DNA of 53,869 nucleotides from Bacillota bacterium (GCA_030705805.1 JAUZPY010000002.1:1-53869), one strand, 5' to 3'. Positions 36,997-45,995 are shown, counted from the stretch's first letter. The notes: generated by a model not told the origin, from the sequence alone. Made by a program: numbers and translations.

Positions 36997-38412
36997 CTAA
37001 AATCTAAAATCTCTGGAGCCGTTTTCTATCAGAGACAGTCTTTCTTTAGCTATAGCTCTAACCTTCTCGCTTGGAATATTTTGGAGTTCTTTAGCAATTA
37101 GACCTTCTCCTATCCGCTTTGTCTCCGGGGAAGCATAGTCCATAAGAAATTCTTTTAAAGTCATAAGGGCGTTAGGATGACAGCAATTTAGTATTTGTTT
37201 ATTTTTTAAAAGGGTCATAAAGCGGTCTCCGGTTCTCCCTTCTCTGTAACAAGCGGTACAGAAGGAAGGAATATAGCCTAATTCCATAAGCCACTTTATT
37301 ACTTCATCAAGAGTTCTTTGATCAGAAACATCAAACTGCACAGTATCTGTTGGACGAATTTCCTCGGCATACCCTCCGACAGATGTACGGGAAGCACCAC
37401 TGACTTGAGAAACGCCCAGTCTGATAACTTTTTCTCTGACTGCCTGACTTTCTCTGGTTGAAATGATCATGCCCGTATAGGGAACAGATATCCTGATTAA
37501 AGCACATAGCTTAGCGAAAATTTCATCGCTGATACTATTGTCAAAAGCACTTGGATCTATGTCTTCAGCATGCTTTATTCTGGGTACGCTAATTGTATGC
37601 GGACCTACTCCGTGTACTGCCTCAAGATGCTCTGCATGCATTAACAGAGCGGCAAATTCATATTTATATAATTCTAATCCAAATAAAACTCCTAAGCCTA
37701 CATCGTCAATTCCGCCTTCCATAGCCCTATCCATAGCTTCGGTATGATATGCGTAATTATGCTTTGGGCCAACCGGATGCAACGTTTCATAGCTTTCCTT
37801 GTGATATGTTTCCTGAAAAAGTATGTAAGTTCCAATGCCTGCTTCTTTAAGCTTTCTGTAATTTTCCACAGTTGTTGCAGCAATATTTACGTTTACTCTC
37901 CGTATCGAACCGTTCTTATGCTTTATAGAGTAAATAGTTTTTATGCAGTCAAGGATATATTCGATTGGGTTATTTACAGGATCTTCCCCTGCCTCAATGG
38001 CTAAACGCTTGTGCCCTATATCCTGGAGAGCAATTACTTCTTTCTTTACTTCCTCCTGGGTGAGTTTTTTTCTTACAATGTGCGTGTTTTGATGATGGTA
38101 CGGACAATAAACGCAGCCGTTTACACAATAATTTGAAAGGTATAAGGGAGCAAATAAGACAATTCTGTTGCCATAAAAGTCCTTTTTTATTTGCTCAGCA
38201 AGATCATAGATTCTTTTTATCCTTTCTTCGTTTTCACAGGCTAACAAGACGGAAGCTTCTCTGTGGCTAAGCCCCTTCCTTTTTTCCGCTTTTGTTATGA
38301 TACTGTCGATAAGAGGAAGGTTATTTTTATTTTCTTCAGCATAAGCTAAAGACTCAGTTACTTCCTCATGGTTAATAAATTCCTCTGCTTTTAATGATTT
38401 TGGATTATACAT
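36997..38412 (-). CDS. hydG: [FeFe]-hydrogenase H-cluster radical SAM maturase HydG
   Basis: CVNGCVYC radical SAM motif. C-terminal CTACYREGRTGDRF auxiliary cluster region. Confidence 0.9.
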   Translation of the reverse strand: MYNPKSLKAEEFINHEEVTESLAYAEENKNNLPLIDSIITKAEKRKGLSHREASVLLACENEERIKRIYDLAEQIKKDFYGNRIVLFAPLYLSNYCVNGCVYCPYHHQNTHIVRKKLTQEEVKKEVIALQDIGHKRLAIEAGEDPVNNPIEYILDCIKTIYSIKHKNGSIRRVNVNIAATTVENYRKLKEAGIGTYILFQETYHKESYETLHPVGPKHNYAYHTEAMDRAMEGGIDDVGLGVLFGLELYKYEFAALLMHAEHLEAVHGVGPHTISVPRIKHAEDIDPSAFDNSISDEIFAKLCALIRISVPYTGMIISTRESQAVREKVIRLGVSQVSGASRTSVGGYAEEIRPTDTVQFDVSDQRTLDEVIKWLMELGYIPSFCTACYREGRTGDRFMTLLKNKQILNCCHPNALMTLKEFLMDYASPETKRIGEGLIAKELQNIPSEKVRAIAKERLSLIENGSRDFRF

Positions 38413-38448
38413 TTTTCACCCTTCTTTCGGGTCAGAAAGCCTTCCCCG

Positions 38449-39501
38449 TTAGTTAATTATTTTACTGTCGCCTCTTGATGTTACTATTTCATACCCAATT
38501 GATTTTATGTGACGTTTTAAAAGTGTTAAAGCTTCCCCCGCTTCGTCATTTGTGTAAAGCTTTCCATCATATATTGAGTATTTACTTCTGACATCTAAAG
38601 GTGATAGATTTGGCATAATTACATTTGCGCCGCTTAGAATTCCTTTTTCTTTTCCTTTTGGGTCTACTGTTCCCAGTGCTGTTGTAGCAGGAAGCAAAAC
38701 TTCCGGCAGCATTAACCTTATTAATCCTAAAAGAAATAAGGTTAAATCAAAAGACCCATGAGAATAATTTTTAAATCGTGTATTATGGTGCGGGATAAAC
38801 GGACCTATGCCCACCATGTGAGGTCTGAATGATTTTATAAACCTTAGATCTATAACTAAGTGCTCCGCTTCTTGAAACGGAGGGCCTACCATAAATCCGC
38901 AGCCGGTCTGGTATCCGATGCTTTTTAAGTTTTTTAGGCAATCCATGCGATTTTCATAAGACATTGAACTAGGATGCAGCTTCTCATAAAGCTCTTTTGA
39001 AGCGGTTTCATGGCGCAATAAATATCTGTCTGCTCCTGCATCAAATAAAAGCTTGTAGCTATTATAGCTTTTCTCACCTAACGATAATGTAACGGCACAG
39101 TCAGGATAATCATTTTTAATAGAACTTATTAAACCGCAAAGATAACTGTCTGTATAATAAGAATCTTCTCCCCCTTGAAGCACAAAAGTTCGAAAACCTA
39201 AATCATAGCCTTGGCCACAGCAGGCTAATATTTCGTCTTTTGAAAGCCTGTAGCGCTTTGCGCATTCATTATCCCTTTGCAGCCCGCAGTAAAAACAATT
39301 GTTTTTACAGAAGCTGGTGATTTCGATAAGACCCCTTATAAATACCTTATTTCCATATACCTTCTGCTGAACTTTTCTTGAAAGGTTAAATAAATATTCA
39401 TCGGTACTCTCGTCCCTATCACAAATTAAAGTATACAGTTCGCTGTCTGAGGCATCATTGTATAAATAAAGCTTGTCTATAATATCTCTTAAGTTTGTCA
39501 T
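38449..39501 (-). CDS. hydE: [FeFe]-hydrogenase H-cluster radical SAM maturase HydE
   Basis: CKNNCFYC motif, biotin-synthase-like length, position in the hyd operon. Confidence 0.88.
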   Translation of the reverse strand: MTNLRDIIDKLYLYNDASDSELYTLICDRDESTDEYLFNLSRKVQQKVYGNKVFIRGLIEITSFCKNNCFYCGLQRDNECAKRYRLSKDEILACCGQGYDLGFRTFVLQGGEDSYYTDSYLCGLISSIKNDYPDCAVTLSLGEKSYNSYKLLFDAGADRYLLRHETASKELYEKLHPSSMSYENRMDCLKNLKSIGYQTGCGFMVGPPFQEAEHLVIDLRFIKSFRPHMVGIGPFIPHHNTRFKNYSHGSFDLTLFLLGLIRLMLPEVLLPATTALGTVDPKGKEKGILSGANVIMPNLSPLDVRSKYSIYDGKLYTNDEAGEALTLLKRHIKSIGYEIVTSRGDSKIIN

Positions 39502-39752
39502 AAGGAAGTTACTCCCGAATAAGCTGTTTTAGCCGAAACGCCGGGTAATTTGCCTATTTTTCCGGATAAAGCACTTATAACATCTTGGGGAGCATCGACA
39601 GCTATACTTATTATGCTTATATTCTTTTGCCTGTAAGGGATACCCATACGGCCGACAATGTACTGACCGTATTGATGAAGAATATTATTTAATTTTTGGG
39701 TGGAATCGTAATTTTCAACGATAATACCAATGACTGCAACTCTGGTTTCCAT
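39498..39752 (-). CDS. TM1266-family iron-only hydrogenase system regulator (small ACT-like protein)
   Basis: 84 aa, VAVIGIIVEN ... GRMGIPY ... ISIAVDAP pattern. 4-nt overlap with hydE. Confidence 0.7.
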   Translation of the reverse strand: METRVAVIGIIVENYDSTQKLNNILHQYGQYIVGRMGIPYRQKNISIISIAVDAPQDVISALSGKIGKLPGVSAKTAYSGVTSL

Positions 39753-39771
39753 TATAAAATACCTCCTAAAT

Positions 39772-39798
39772 AAAAAAGCTGCGCCCTAAGGACGCAGC
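39772..39798 (-). terminator. Hairpin plus U-tract abutting the Shine-Dalgarno of the hyd operon
   Basis: On the minus strand: GGCTGCGTCCTTAGGGCGCAGC, then TTTTTTATTT, then AGGAGG and ATG 39752. Confidence 0.6.
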
Positions 39799-39895
39799 CA
39801 GAGTTATTATAACTGTGCCTTTCATCTAAAAGTAACTTTCAATGTCAGAGATTTATTATCTTTGCCGCAAGAAATTCTCACAGCTTAGAATAGTT

Positions 39896-40051
39896 TTAAA
39901 CTTTTCTAAATTGTTCCTTGTCTGCTCCACAAACCGGACATTCCCAATCCATGGGCAGATCTTCTAAATCTGTACCCGGAGCTATCCTGTTGTCCGGGTC
40001 GCCATCTTCCGAAAGGTATATAAAACCGCACACACCGCATTTATATTTCAT
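39896..40051 (-). CDS. Rubredoxin (51 aa, absent from the ORF track because it is under 60 aa)
   Basis: Hand translation of the minus strand gives [51 protein letters not shown]. It has both CxxCG knuckles. GGAGGGG lies 9 nt upstream of the ATG. Confidence 0.88.
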   Translation of the reverse strand: MKYKCGVCGFIYLSEDGDPDNRIAPGTDLEDLPMDWECPVCGADKEQFRKV

Positions 40052-40527
40052 AAAAATATGCCCCTCCTATGACATAACAGTCTAAGTGGATTACAATGCG
40101 TATGTACCTTAAACTTAGCATTGCTTTAGCATAATACCGGGGAATCAATAGGTGCGTGCTTTTTTGGTTTAAATAAAAATTCAATTCATAACTCATCAAA
40201 ATAGGATGAGAAGGAACGCTTTTAATGCCACTAACAGATACCCGGTATGCTTTAAAGCTTTGCTTAAGCTTTATTGGAAATTAATTCATTTTTTCTCCTT
40301 TAGCAAATTACCGGAACTTATATTTATCTGCTATAGTAGGCAAGCTGATACCAAGCTTATGTATAGCCTCACCTCATAAGCATCCCTCCAAAAAAGTAGC
40401 TATACTTATATATACTTAATTTTACTTATAATATTATAAAATTTATATTATGTCTGTTGCACTTGCAACAATTATCTTTTATTATAGATAGTGTCTAATT
40501 ATGTGTATGTATTATTTTATATTAGGC

Positions 40528-40556
40528 TTGACATTTCGGCAAAAATCCAGTATAAT
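40528..40556 (+). promoter_or_regulatory. Consensus sigma-A promoter for tRNA-Val
   Basis: TTGACA at 40528-40533, a 17-nt spacer, TATAAT at 40551-40556. Confidence 0.75.
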
Positions 40557-40573
40557 TATAATAATTACTGTTT

Positions 40574-40649
40574 GGGAGCATAGCTCAGCTGGGAGAGCAT
40601 CTGCCTTACAAGCAGAGGGTCATAGGTTCGAGCCCTATTGTTCCCACCA
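40574..40649 (+). tRNA. trnV: tRNA-Val (anticodon TAC)
   Basis: Hand-folded cloverleaf. Acceptor GGGAGCA/TGTTCCC, anticodon stem TCTGC/GCAGA with loop CTTACAA, T-loop TTCGAGC, encoded CCA. Confidence 0.93.
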
Positions 40650-40650
40650 A

Positions 40651-40675
40651 GGACATGCATTGCATGTCCTTTTTT
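40651..40675 (+). terminator. Terminator after tRNA-Val
   Basis: Stem GGACATGCA / TGCATGTCC plus a T6 run. Confidence 0.8.
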
Positions 40676-41019
40676 ATGTTTAGAGTTTTGTATGCTTTAA
40701 TAAGGGAAAATATTTTATGACATAAGTTTAGAGGCCAAGCAAATCCTACCTAGTGCAAAAAGCACGTCAGGAATATATGGCTTGACCTCTAATAACACAC
40801 CATTATCACAAAGTGATAATGGTGTTAAGAATAATATATTCAATTCTAGCAAAAACGATTCATCTACTATATTTTGTGTTTTACAAAAAAGTGTTTACAA
40901 ATAATTCATAACATATAGTGGTTCTTTCCTTGACATAATTTATAGGCAATGTTATAATTTAGAATATATAGGTGTTTTTTATATTATAATAAAAATTAAT
41001 GACGAAAGGCAGTGATATT

Positions 41020-43530
41020 ATGAGAACTGGCAGCATGAAACTTTTGGCTATTTTCCTTGCAGCAGTAATGATTATTAGCTCAATATCAATTACTGCAATG
41101 GCTGAAGAAACTGAAGAAACCCCCGGAGAAGCAAGCTATACTGTAGAAAATGAGGACACAGTTAAGCTCATAACTGCAGATTTTGATACGGCTTGTGCTG
41201 AAGCAACAAATGAAAGCCTTTCCTACATACAATTAGCATTACCTTCTTCAACATATGGTACTCTTTGGTATGATTTTGACAGTGAAGATGCTTCTAAAGT
41301 TTCTGACACAATAAAATATTATAAAAGTTCAGCCAGCTATAAGACAATAGGGAAAATTTGTTTTGTACCAAAATCCAGCTTTACAGGTACTCTTCAAATT
41401 GATTATAAAGGATATAATACAAAAGGTGCATCCTTTAATGGAACAATTGATATTACGGTAACTAAAAGTACAAATGTCGGTGATCTTGATAAAATTACAT
41501 ATAATGCAGACTCCGGTGACAATGTTACATTAGATGCATCTGACATAAATTTGGTTTGCAGAAATGAAGGCCTTAGCCTGTCCTATGTAAAGCTTACTCT
41601 TCCGGATCCAAGCGCCGGCGTATTATATTATAATTATAAATCCTCAACTAAATATGACAGTAAGGTTAAAAACACAAATAAATATTATAAATCAAGCTCT
41701 TCTAGCTCGGCTTACCTTATAGACAATGTAAGCTTTGTACCGGCTGAAGGATGCAGCAGTGAAATTGAGATTACATATACTGCTTATGATTCTGACGATG
41801 TTTCTTATACGGGAATTATAAGAATAAAATATACTAAAGACAGCTCTGAGCTTTCTTATACTGTTGACGATAATTATGTTGAGTTTGTTTCTTCGGACTT
41901 TAATAATATATGTAAAAGAGAGACAGGAGCAACCCTTGATTATGTAAAATTTACACTGCCTCAGACAGGAACGTTATACTATGACTACTCCGAAGAGGAA
42001 AATGCCAAAACTACGGTTAAGTCCAGCACAAAATATTATTATAAAAGTGATCCGTATTTATTTTATGTAAGCTATGTACCTAAGCTCGGCTATTCAGGTA
42101 CAGTCCAAATAGAATATACGTCATACAGCGTTGACGGGGATTATTATAATGGAGTCATAACGGTAAAGGTTAAGAGTAGCGGATCTTCTACCGGTACAGC
42201 AGATTCAATTTCTTACAGCGTAAAAAATTCAAGCTATAAGACCTTCAGCGTAACCGACTTTAGCAATGTATGCAGCGACTTAACTGATGAAACGCTGGAT
42301 TATGTAAAATTTGATATTCCCTCATCGTCATATGGCACTTTATATTATCAATATAGTTCAAGCAAAAGCTATGACTCAAAGGTATCTGCAAGTACAAAGT
42401 ATTACAGAAGCAGTTCAGACTATATTAAGTATGTCAGCTTTGTTCCGAAATCCAGCTATGATGGGACAGTAACTATCAGCTATACAGGTTATACAACAAG
42501 CGGAGACTACTATACAGGTAAGATAAAAATAAGTGTAACAGACAATGGAGATTCAAATAATGATACGGATGATTCTGAAATTGATACTATTACCTACACT
42601 ACGGAGAAGGGTGACTCTGTTATACTAAACGGTTCTGACTTTAATTCTGTATGCAGAAGTTATTTAGGAGATACTTTAGATTATGTAAATTTCTCTAACC
42701 CTTCAAACGGAACATTATATTACGCTTATGGCGAGGACGATGAGAAAGAAATAACATCAAGCTATGAGTGCTATTACAAGGGGGATGATCCTCTCATTTC
42801 CGATATAAGCTTTGTTCCTAAATCAAGTTATACAGGTACTGTTACAATTAATTATAAAGCTACATCTGTAGATGATGAAACATTTAAGGGAATAGTTAAA
42901 GTAACGGTTAAAAAGAATTCGGACGACGAGAACGGCATGGACAACTTCTCTAAGGGGAAAAAATATAAAGGCGGCATGTTTAAAGATGTAGATGAGGATG
43001 AGTGGTACGGTACAAATAAGAACGGATCCGTAAAATTAGTTTATAGTTATGGGCTTATGGAAGGAAACGATGACGGAACCTTTAATCCTCAAGGTAACAT
43101 AACAATAGCACAGGCAATTACAATTGCTGCAAGAGTAGCAAATATTTATTATAACGATGAAGAAGATTTTGAATATGAAGATAAATGGTACGAAGGGTAT
43201 GTCAAGTATGCCATCAGTAAGAATATTATTGATGAAAATGACTTTGATGATTATGATGCTTTTATAACAAGAGATCAGATGGCGTACATATTTTCAAATA
43301 TTCTGCCTGATGATGAACTCGAAGAAATAAACGAAGTCAAAGGGATTCCGGATGTTGATAAGTATGATGAATATTATAAAGAAATCATTTTCCTTTATAA
43401 TGTAGGAATACTTTCGGGCAGTGACAGCAAGGGTACATTTAACCCGAAATCCAACATAACCAGGGCAGAAGTTGCAGCTATTATAACAAGATTGGTAGAT
43501 TCTTCTCAAAGGAGAACAAATAAATTTTAA
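41020..43530 (+). CDS. Secreted SLH-domain protein carrying five tandem ~110-aa repeats of unknown family
   Basis: Signal peptide MRTGSMKLLAIFLAAVMIISSISITAMA (an alternative ATG is at 40999). Five repeats, then three C-terminal SLH repeats (...GTFNPKSNITRAEVAAII...). Confidence 0.8.
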   Translation: MRTGSMKLLAIFLAAVMIISSISITAMAEETEETPGEASYTVENEDTVKLITADFDTACAEATNESLSYIQLALPSSTYGTLWYDFDSEDASKVSDTIKYYKSSASYKTIGKICFVPKSSFTGTLQIDYKGYNTKGASFNGTIDITVTKSTNVGDLDKITYNADSGDNVTLDASDINLVCRNEGLSLSYVKLTLPDPSAGVLYYNYKSSTKYDSKVKNTNKYYKSSSSSSAYLIDNVSFVPAEGCSSEIEITYTAYDSDDVSYTGIIRIKYTKDSSELSYTVDDNYVEFVSSDFNNICKRETGATLDYVKFTLPQTGTLYYDYSEEENAKTTVKSSTKYYYKSDPYLFYVSYVPKLGYSGTVQIEYTSYSVDGDYYNGVITVKVKSSGSSTGTADSISYSVKNSSYKTFSVTDFSNVCSDLTDETLDYVKFDIPSSSYGTLYYQYSSSKSYDSKVSASTKYYRSSSDYIKYVSFVPKSSYDGTVTISYTGYTTSGDYYTGKIKISVTDNGDSNNDTDDSEIDTITYTTEKGDSVILNGSDFNSVCRSYLGDTLDYVNFSNPSNGTLYYAYGEDDEKEITSSYECYYKGDDPLISDISFVPKSSYTGTVTINYKATSVDDETFKGIVKVTVKKNSDDENGMDNFSKGKKYKGGMFKDVDEDEWYGTNKNGSVKLVYSYGLMEGNDDGTFNPQGNITIAQAITIAARVANIYYNDEEDFEYEDKWYEGYVKYAISKNIIDENDFDDYDAFITRDQMAYIFSNILPDDELEEINEVKGIPDVDKYDEYYKEIIFLYNVGILSGSDSKGTFNPKSNITRAEVAAIITRLVDSSQRRTNKF
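41134..42912 (+). repeat. Five tandem coding repeats (~330-345 nt each)
   Basis: The pattern [IL][ST]Y..(x)..DF...C......L.YV.F.LP...G.LYY.Y....V...KYY.....VSFVPK..Y.GTV.I.Y.....G..Y.G.I.V.V recurs. Positions are aa 46-156, 166-280, 285-392, 404-515 and 530-638, numbered from ATG 40999. Confidence 0.8.
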
Positions 43531-43539
43531 GATGAATAG

Positions 43540-43579
43540 GACAAAGACCTTGACTTTAAAGTCAAGGTCTTTGTCTTTT
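43540..43579 (+). terminator. Rho-independent terminator
   Basis: Stem GACAAAGACCTTGAC / GTCAAGGTCTTTGTC plus TTTT. Confidence 0.8.
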
Positions 43580-43651
43580 AAGGTATTTTTATTGACTTTT
43601 ATGGGAAAAGGATGTAAACTTAAATCACTTTAAAATACTGGAGAATTTTGT

Positions 43652-44380
43652 ATGTTCGGAGTAATCGTAAATACATTTGCTGTAATAATAGGCAGTTTTA
43701 TAGGTCTGATATTTAAAAAAGGAATTTCTGAAAAAATCGCTTCAGCGGTTATGACCGGTATAGGTCTTTGTAGCTTGTATTTAGGGGTATCTAATGCCTT
43801 GGTAGATGGAAATGATGCTCTCGTGGCTATCCTTTCAATTGTAATAGGCGCCGTAATCGGTACTCTTTTGGATTTAGATGGGAAGATAAATAAATTAGGG
43901 GATTGGGTTTCTGCAAGATATTCTAAAGAGACGGAAGGCAAAATATCTGTTGCGGAAGGCTTTGTAACAGCTTGCCTCCTTTTTTGTATTGGAGCTATGA
44001 CCATAGCAGGCTCAATTCAGGCCGGACTTGGTGACAATACCACATTATACACAAAGTCGGTACTGGATTTCATATCAGCTATAATGCTTTCTGTCAGCCT
44101 CGGAATAGGGGTGATTTTTTCGTCAGCTTTTGTACTGATATTTCAAGGTGCAATAGCTCTTTTGGCAGGGGTAATTGAACCTATACTTAATGCTAAAGGT
44201 ATGCTTCAATCTATTATTTGTGTAGGTGGAATTCTGATAATTGGATTGGGACTGAATATCCTTGGAATTACTAAAATAAAGGTTGCCAATTATCTTCCGG
44301 CACTTATTGTGGCACCTTTGGTTTGCTGGCTGTTATCATTAATAGAAACATATAACCTGTTAGAAAAAATATGTTCTTAA
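43652..44380 (+). CDS. DUF554-family membrane protein (YdfK/YqgA-like)
   Basis: MFGVIVNTFAVIIGSFIGLIFKKGI N-terminus and polytopic membrane profile. The antisense ORF 43630..44004 is rejected. Confidence 0.65.
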   Translation: MFGVIVNTFAVIIGSFIGLIFKKGISEKIASAVMTGIGLCSLYLGVSNALVDGNDALVAILSIVIGAVIGTLLDLDGKINKLGDWVSARYSKETEGKISVAEGFVTACLLFCIGAMTIAGSIQAGLGDNTTLYTKSVLDFISAIMLSVSLGIGVIFSSAFVLIFQGAIALLAGVIEPILNAKGMLQSIICVGGILIIGLGLNILGITKIKVANYLPALIVAPLVCWLLSLIETYNLLEKICS

Positions 44381-44468
44381 AATAAAATACCTATAATAAA
44401 TTTATTATAGGTTGCTTGTACTGTAAAGAATCTACTATATAGGCTTTAAAAAAGGGTAAATATAAAAC

Positions 44469-44502
44469 AATTTATCAATAATTATATAATTATTGATAAA
44501 TT
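44469..44502. promoter_or_regulatory. Perfect 34-bp palindrome, a candidate operator
   Basis: AATTTATCAATAATTATATAATTATTGATAAATT equals its own reverse complement (checked base by base). It ends 24 nt upstream of the -35 box at 44526. Confidence 0.5.
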
Positions 44503-44525
44503 TGTTAGATTTATTCAAAAACCTC

Positions 44526-44554
44526 TTTACAAAGAGAGAGTTTTAGTGTAAAAT
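44526..44554 (+). promoter_or_regulatory. Candidate promoter of the lipoprotein gene
   Basis: TTTACA at 44526-44531, a 17-nt spacer, TAAAAT at 44549-44554. Confidence 0.5.
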
Positions 44555-44639
44555 ATGGTGCAGAATAGGGAGAGGTTGGAATATGCAGCCCCCTAAAACC
44601 CCGCAGAAGGGAAATAAATTATTTTGGGAGGAAACAGAA

Positions 44640-45953
44640 ATGGCAAAAAGATTAATGGCATTAGTTGTATGTTTTGTTATGATTATTGCAATTGTTGGTT
44701 GCGCAGGCGGATCAAGCAAGAGCATCTCTAAAGCTCAAGCAGAAGCTAATAAGAAGCTTGGCACATACGACTGGAAGAAAGCCGACACAGCATCCTGGAA
44801 GGATATGACGTTAAGAGTTGCAGGCTACAGATTGTTCAATGATGATCCTTTGAACTATGAGTATGCATCCGGAGCCGAAGAATTCACAAAGAAATACGGC
44901 ACAAAGGTTAATTTCTTAGTTGGCGGCGGCGACGGTCTTAATGATGACCTTGTAGCAGGAATTATGTCCGGAGATCCATGGGAAGTTCAGTATGCATTTG
45001 GTATCACTGTATTCCCCACAACTTTCACAGAGGAACTTTACACACCAATAACAGAGTATATTAACTATGATTACTTTGGTGATATGGTAGATAAAGGTAC
45101 CGTCCAGGGCACATATTGGAAGGGCAATTACTATGGTGTCAGCAATGCTGGTATGCAGGAGTATGTGTACATGGCATATAATGAGACATGGCTTAAAGAA
45201 CTTGGTCTTGAAACACCTCACGAATATTATGCAAAGGGCGAATGGACTCTTGAGAATTTAGCAAAACTTCTTAAAGAGACCAAGGCTCAAGGCATTAATT
45301 CAAGACTCACTTGGTTGAGACCTCATGTAGTAGGTATGTATATGTCATCTTGGAATGATGAAACCGGTGAAGTTACAGTTACATATGATGGCAAACAGAG
45401 CATGGAATGGTTAAGCTACTGGGGTACTCTGCTTTCAGATCCTGCTTACAACATTAAGGGCAAAGGCTATGTTTCAACAAGAAACGTCGCAATCAGAGAC
45501 GAAGTATGCAACGTCCTTGTAAAGGATGAAGCTACACAGCAAACAAATGATGTTATCAGATACATCCAGCCTCCCAGAGAAGATGCTAATGGTAAGCAAA
45601 TCGATGGTGTATACCTTACCGACTCTCACTTCCTTGTTCCTCTTGGCGTAAAGAAAGATAAGATTCCACCATCAGTACTGCTTTCTGCTTATATGTGCAA
45701 GGCTAAGCAAGATATGATATATTCAGATACATACGATAAGCACATGAAAAAAGAAGATGTTGAGCTTATGAATAAGGCCTTGGCTAATTGTTACTACCTG
45801 CCCAGATGGTTCTACAAAAGTGCATGGCCTAAAAATGCTCAGAAATTTGTAGATGATATGAAAGCAGGCAAGGCAGTTGCAACCCATGTAGCTGAAAACA
45901 TTGAAAATTACAAAGCTAAAGCTAAGGAATTCAATGAAAAGTATATATACTAA
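44640..45953 (+). CDS. Lipoprotein, extracellular solute-binding-protein-like
   Basis: GGGAGG RBS, then ATG 44640. Lipobox IAIVGC. Size and composition suit ABC-type sugar-binding proteins. No permease or ATPase genes nearby. Confidence 0.55.
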   Translation: MAKRLMALVVCFVMIIAIVGCAGGSSKSISKAQAEANKKLGTYDWKKADTASWKDMTLRVAGYRLFNDDPLNYEYASGAEEFTKKYGTKVNFLVGGGDGLNDDLVAGIMSGDPWEVQYAFGITVFPTTFTEELYTPITEYINYDYFGDMVDKGTVQGTYWKGNYYGVSNAGMQEYVYMAYNETWLKELGLETPHEYYAKGEWTLENLAKLLKETKAQGINSRLTWLRPHVVGMYMSSWNDETGEVTVTYDGKQSMEWLSYWGTLLSDPAYNIKGKGYVSTRNVAIRDEVCNVLVKDEATQQTNDVIRYIQPPREDANGKQIDGVYLTDSHFLVPLGVKKDKIPPSVLLSAYMCKAKQDMIYSDTYDKHMKKEDVELMNKALANCYYLPRWFYKSAWPKNAQKFVDDMKAGKAVATHVAENIENYKAKAKEFNEKYIY

Positions 45954-45964
45954 TTAATGCTAAT

Positions 45965-45995
45965 AAAAACAGCCGGAACATTCCGGCTGTTTTTT
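45965..45995 (+). terminator. Rho-independent terminator
   Basis: Stem AACAGCCGGAA / TTCCGGCTGTT plus a T-run. Confidence 0.8.

Noticed and set aside
40501-40683. 60-aa ORF spanning tRNA-Val
   Set aside because: It covers the tRNA promoter, gene and terminator. The tRNA cloverleaf explains the sequence.
43630-44004. 124-aa minus-strand ORF
   Set aside because: It is antisense to the DUF554 membrane-protein gene, which has the RBS, the start context and a coherent TM profile.
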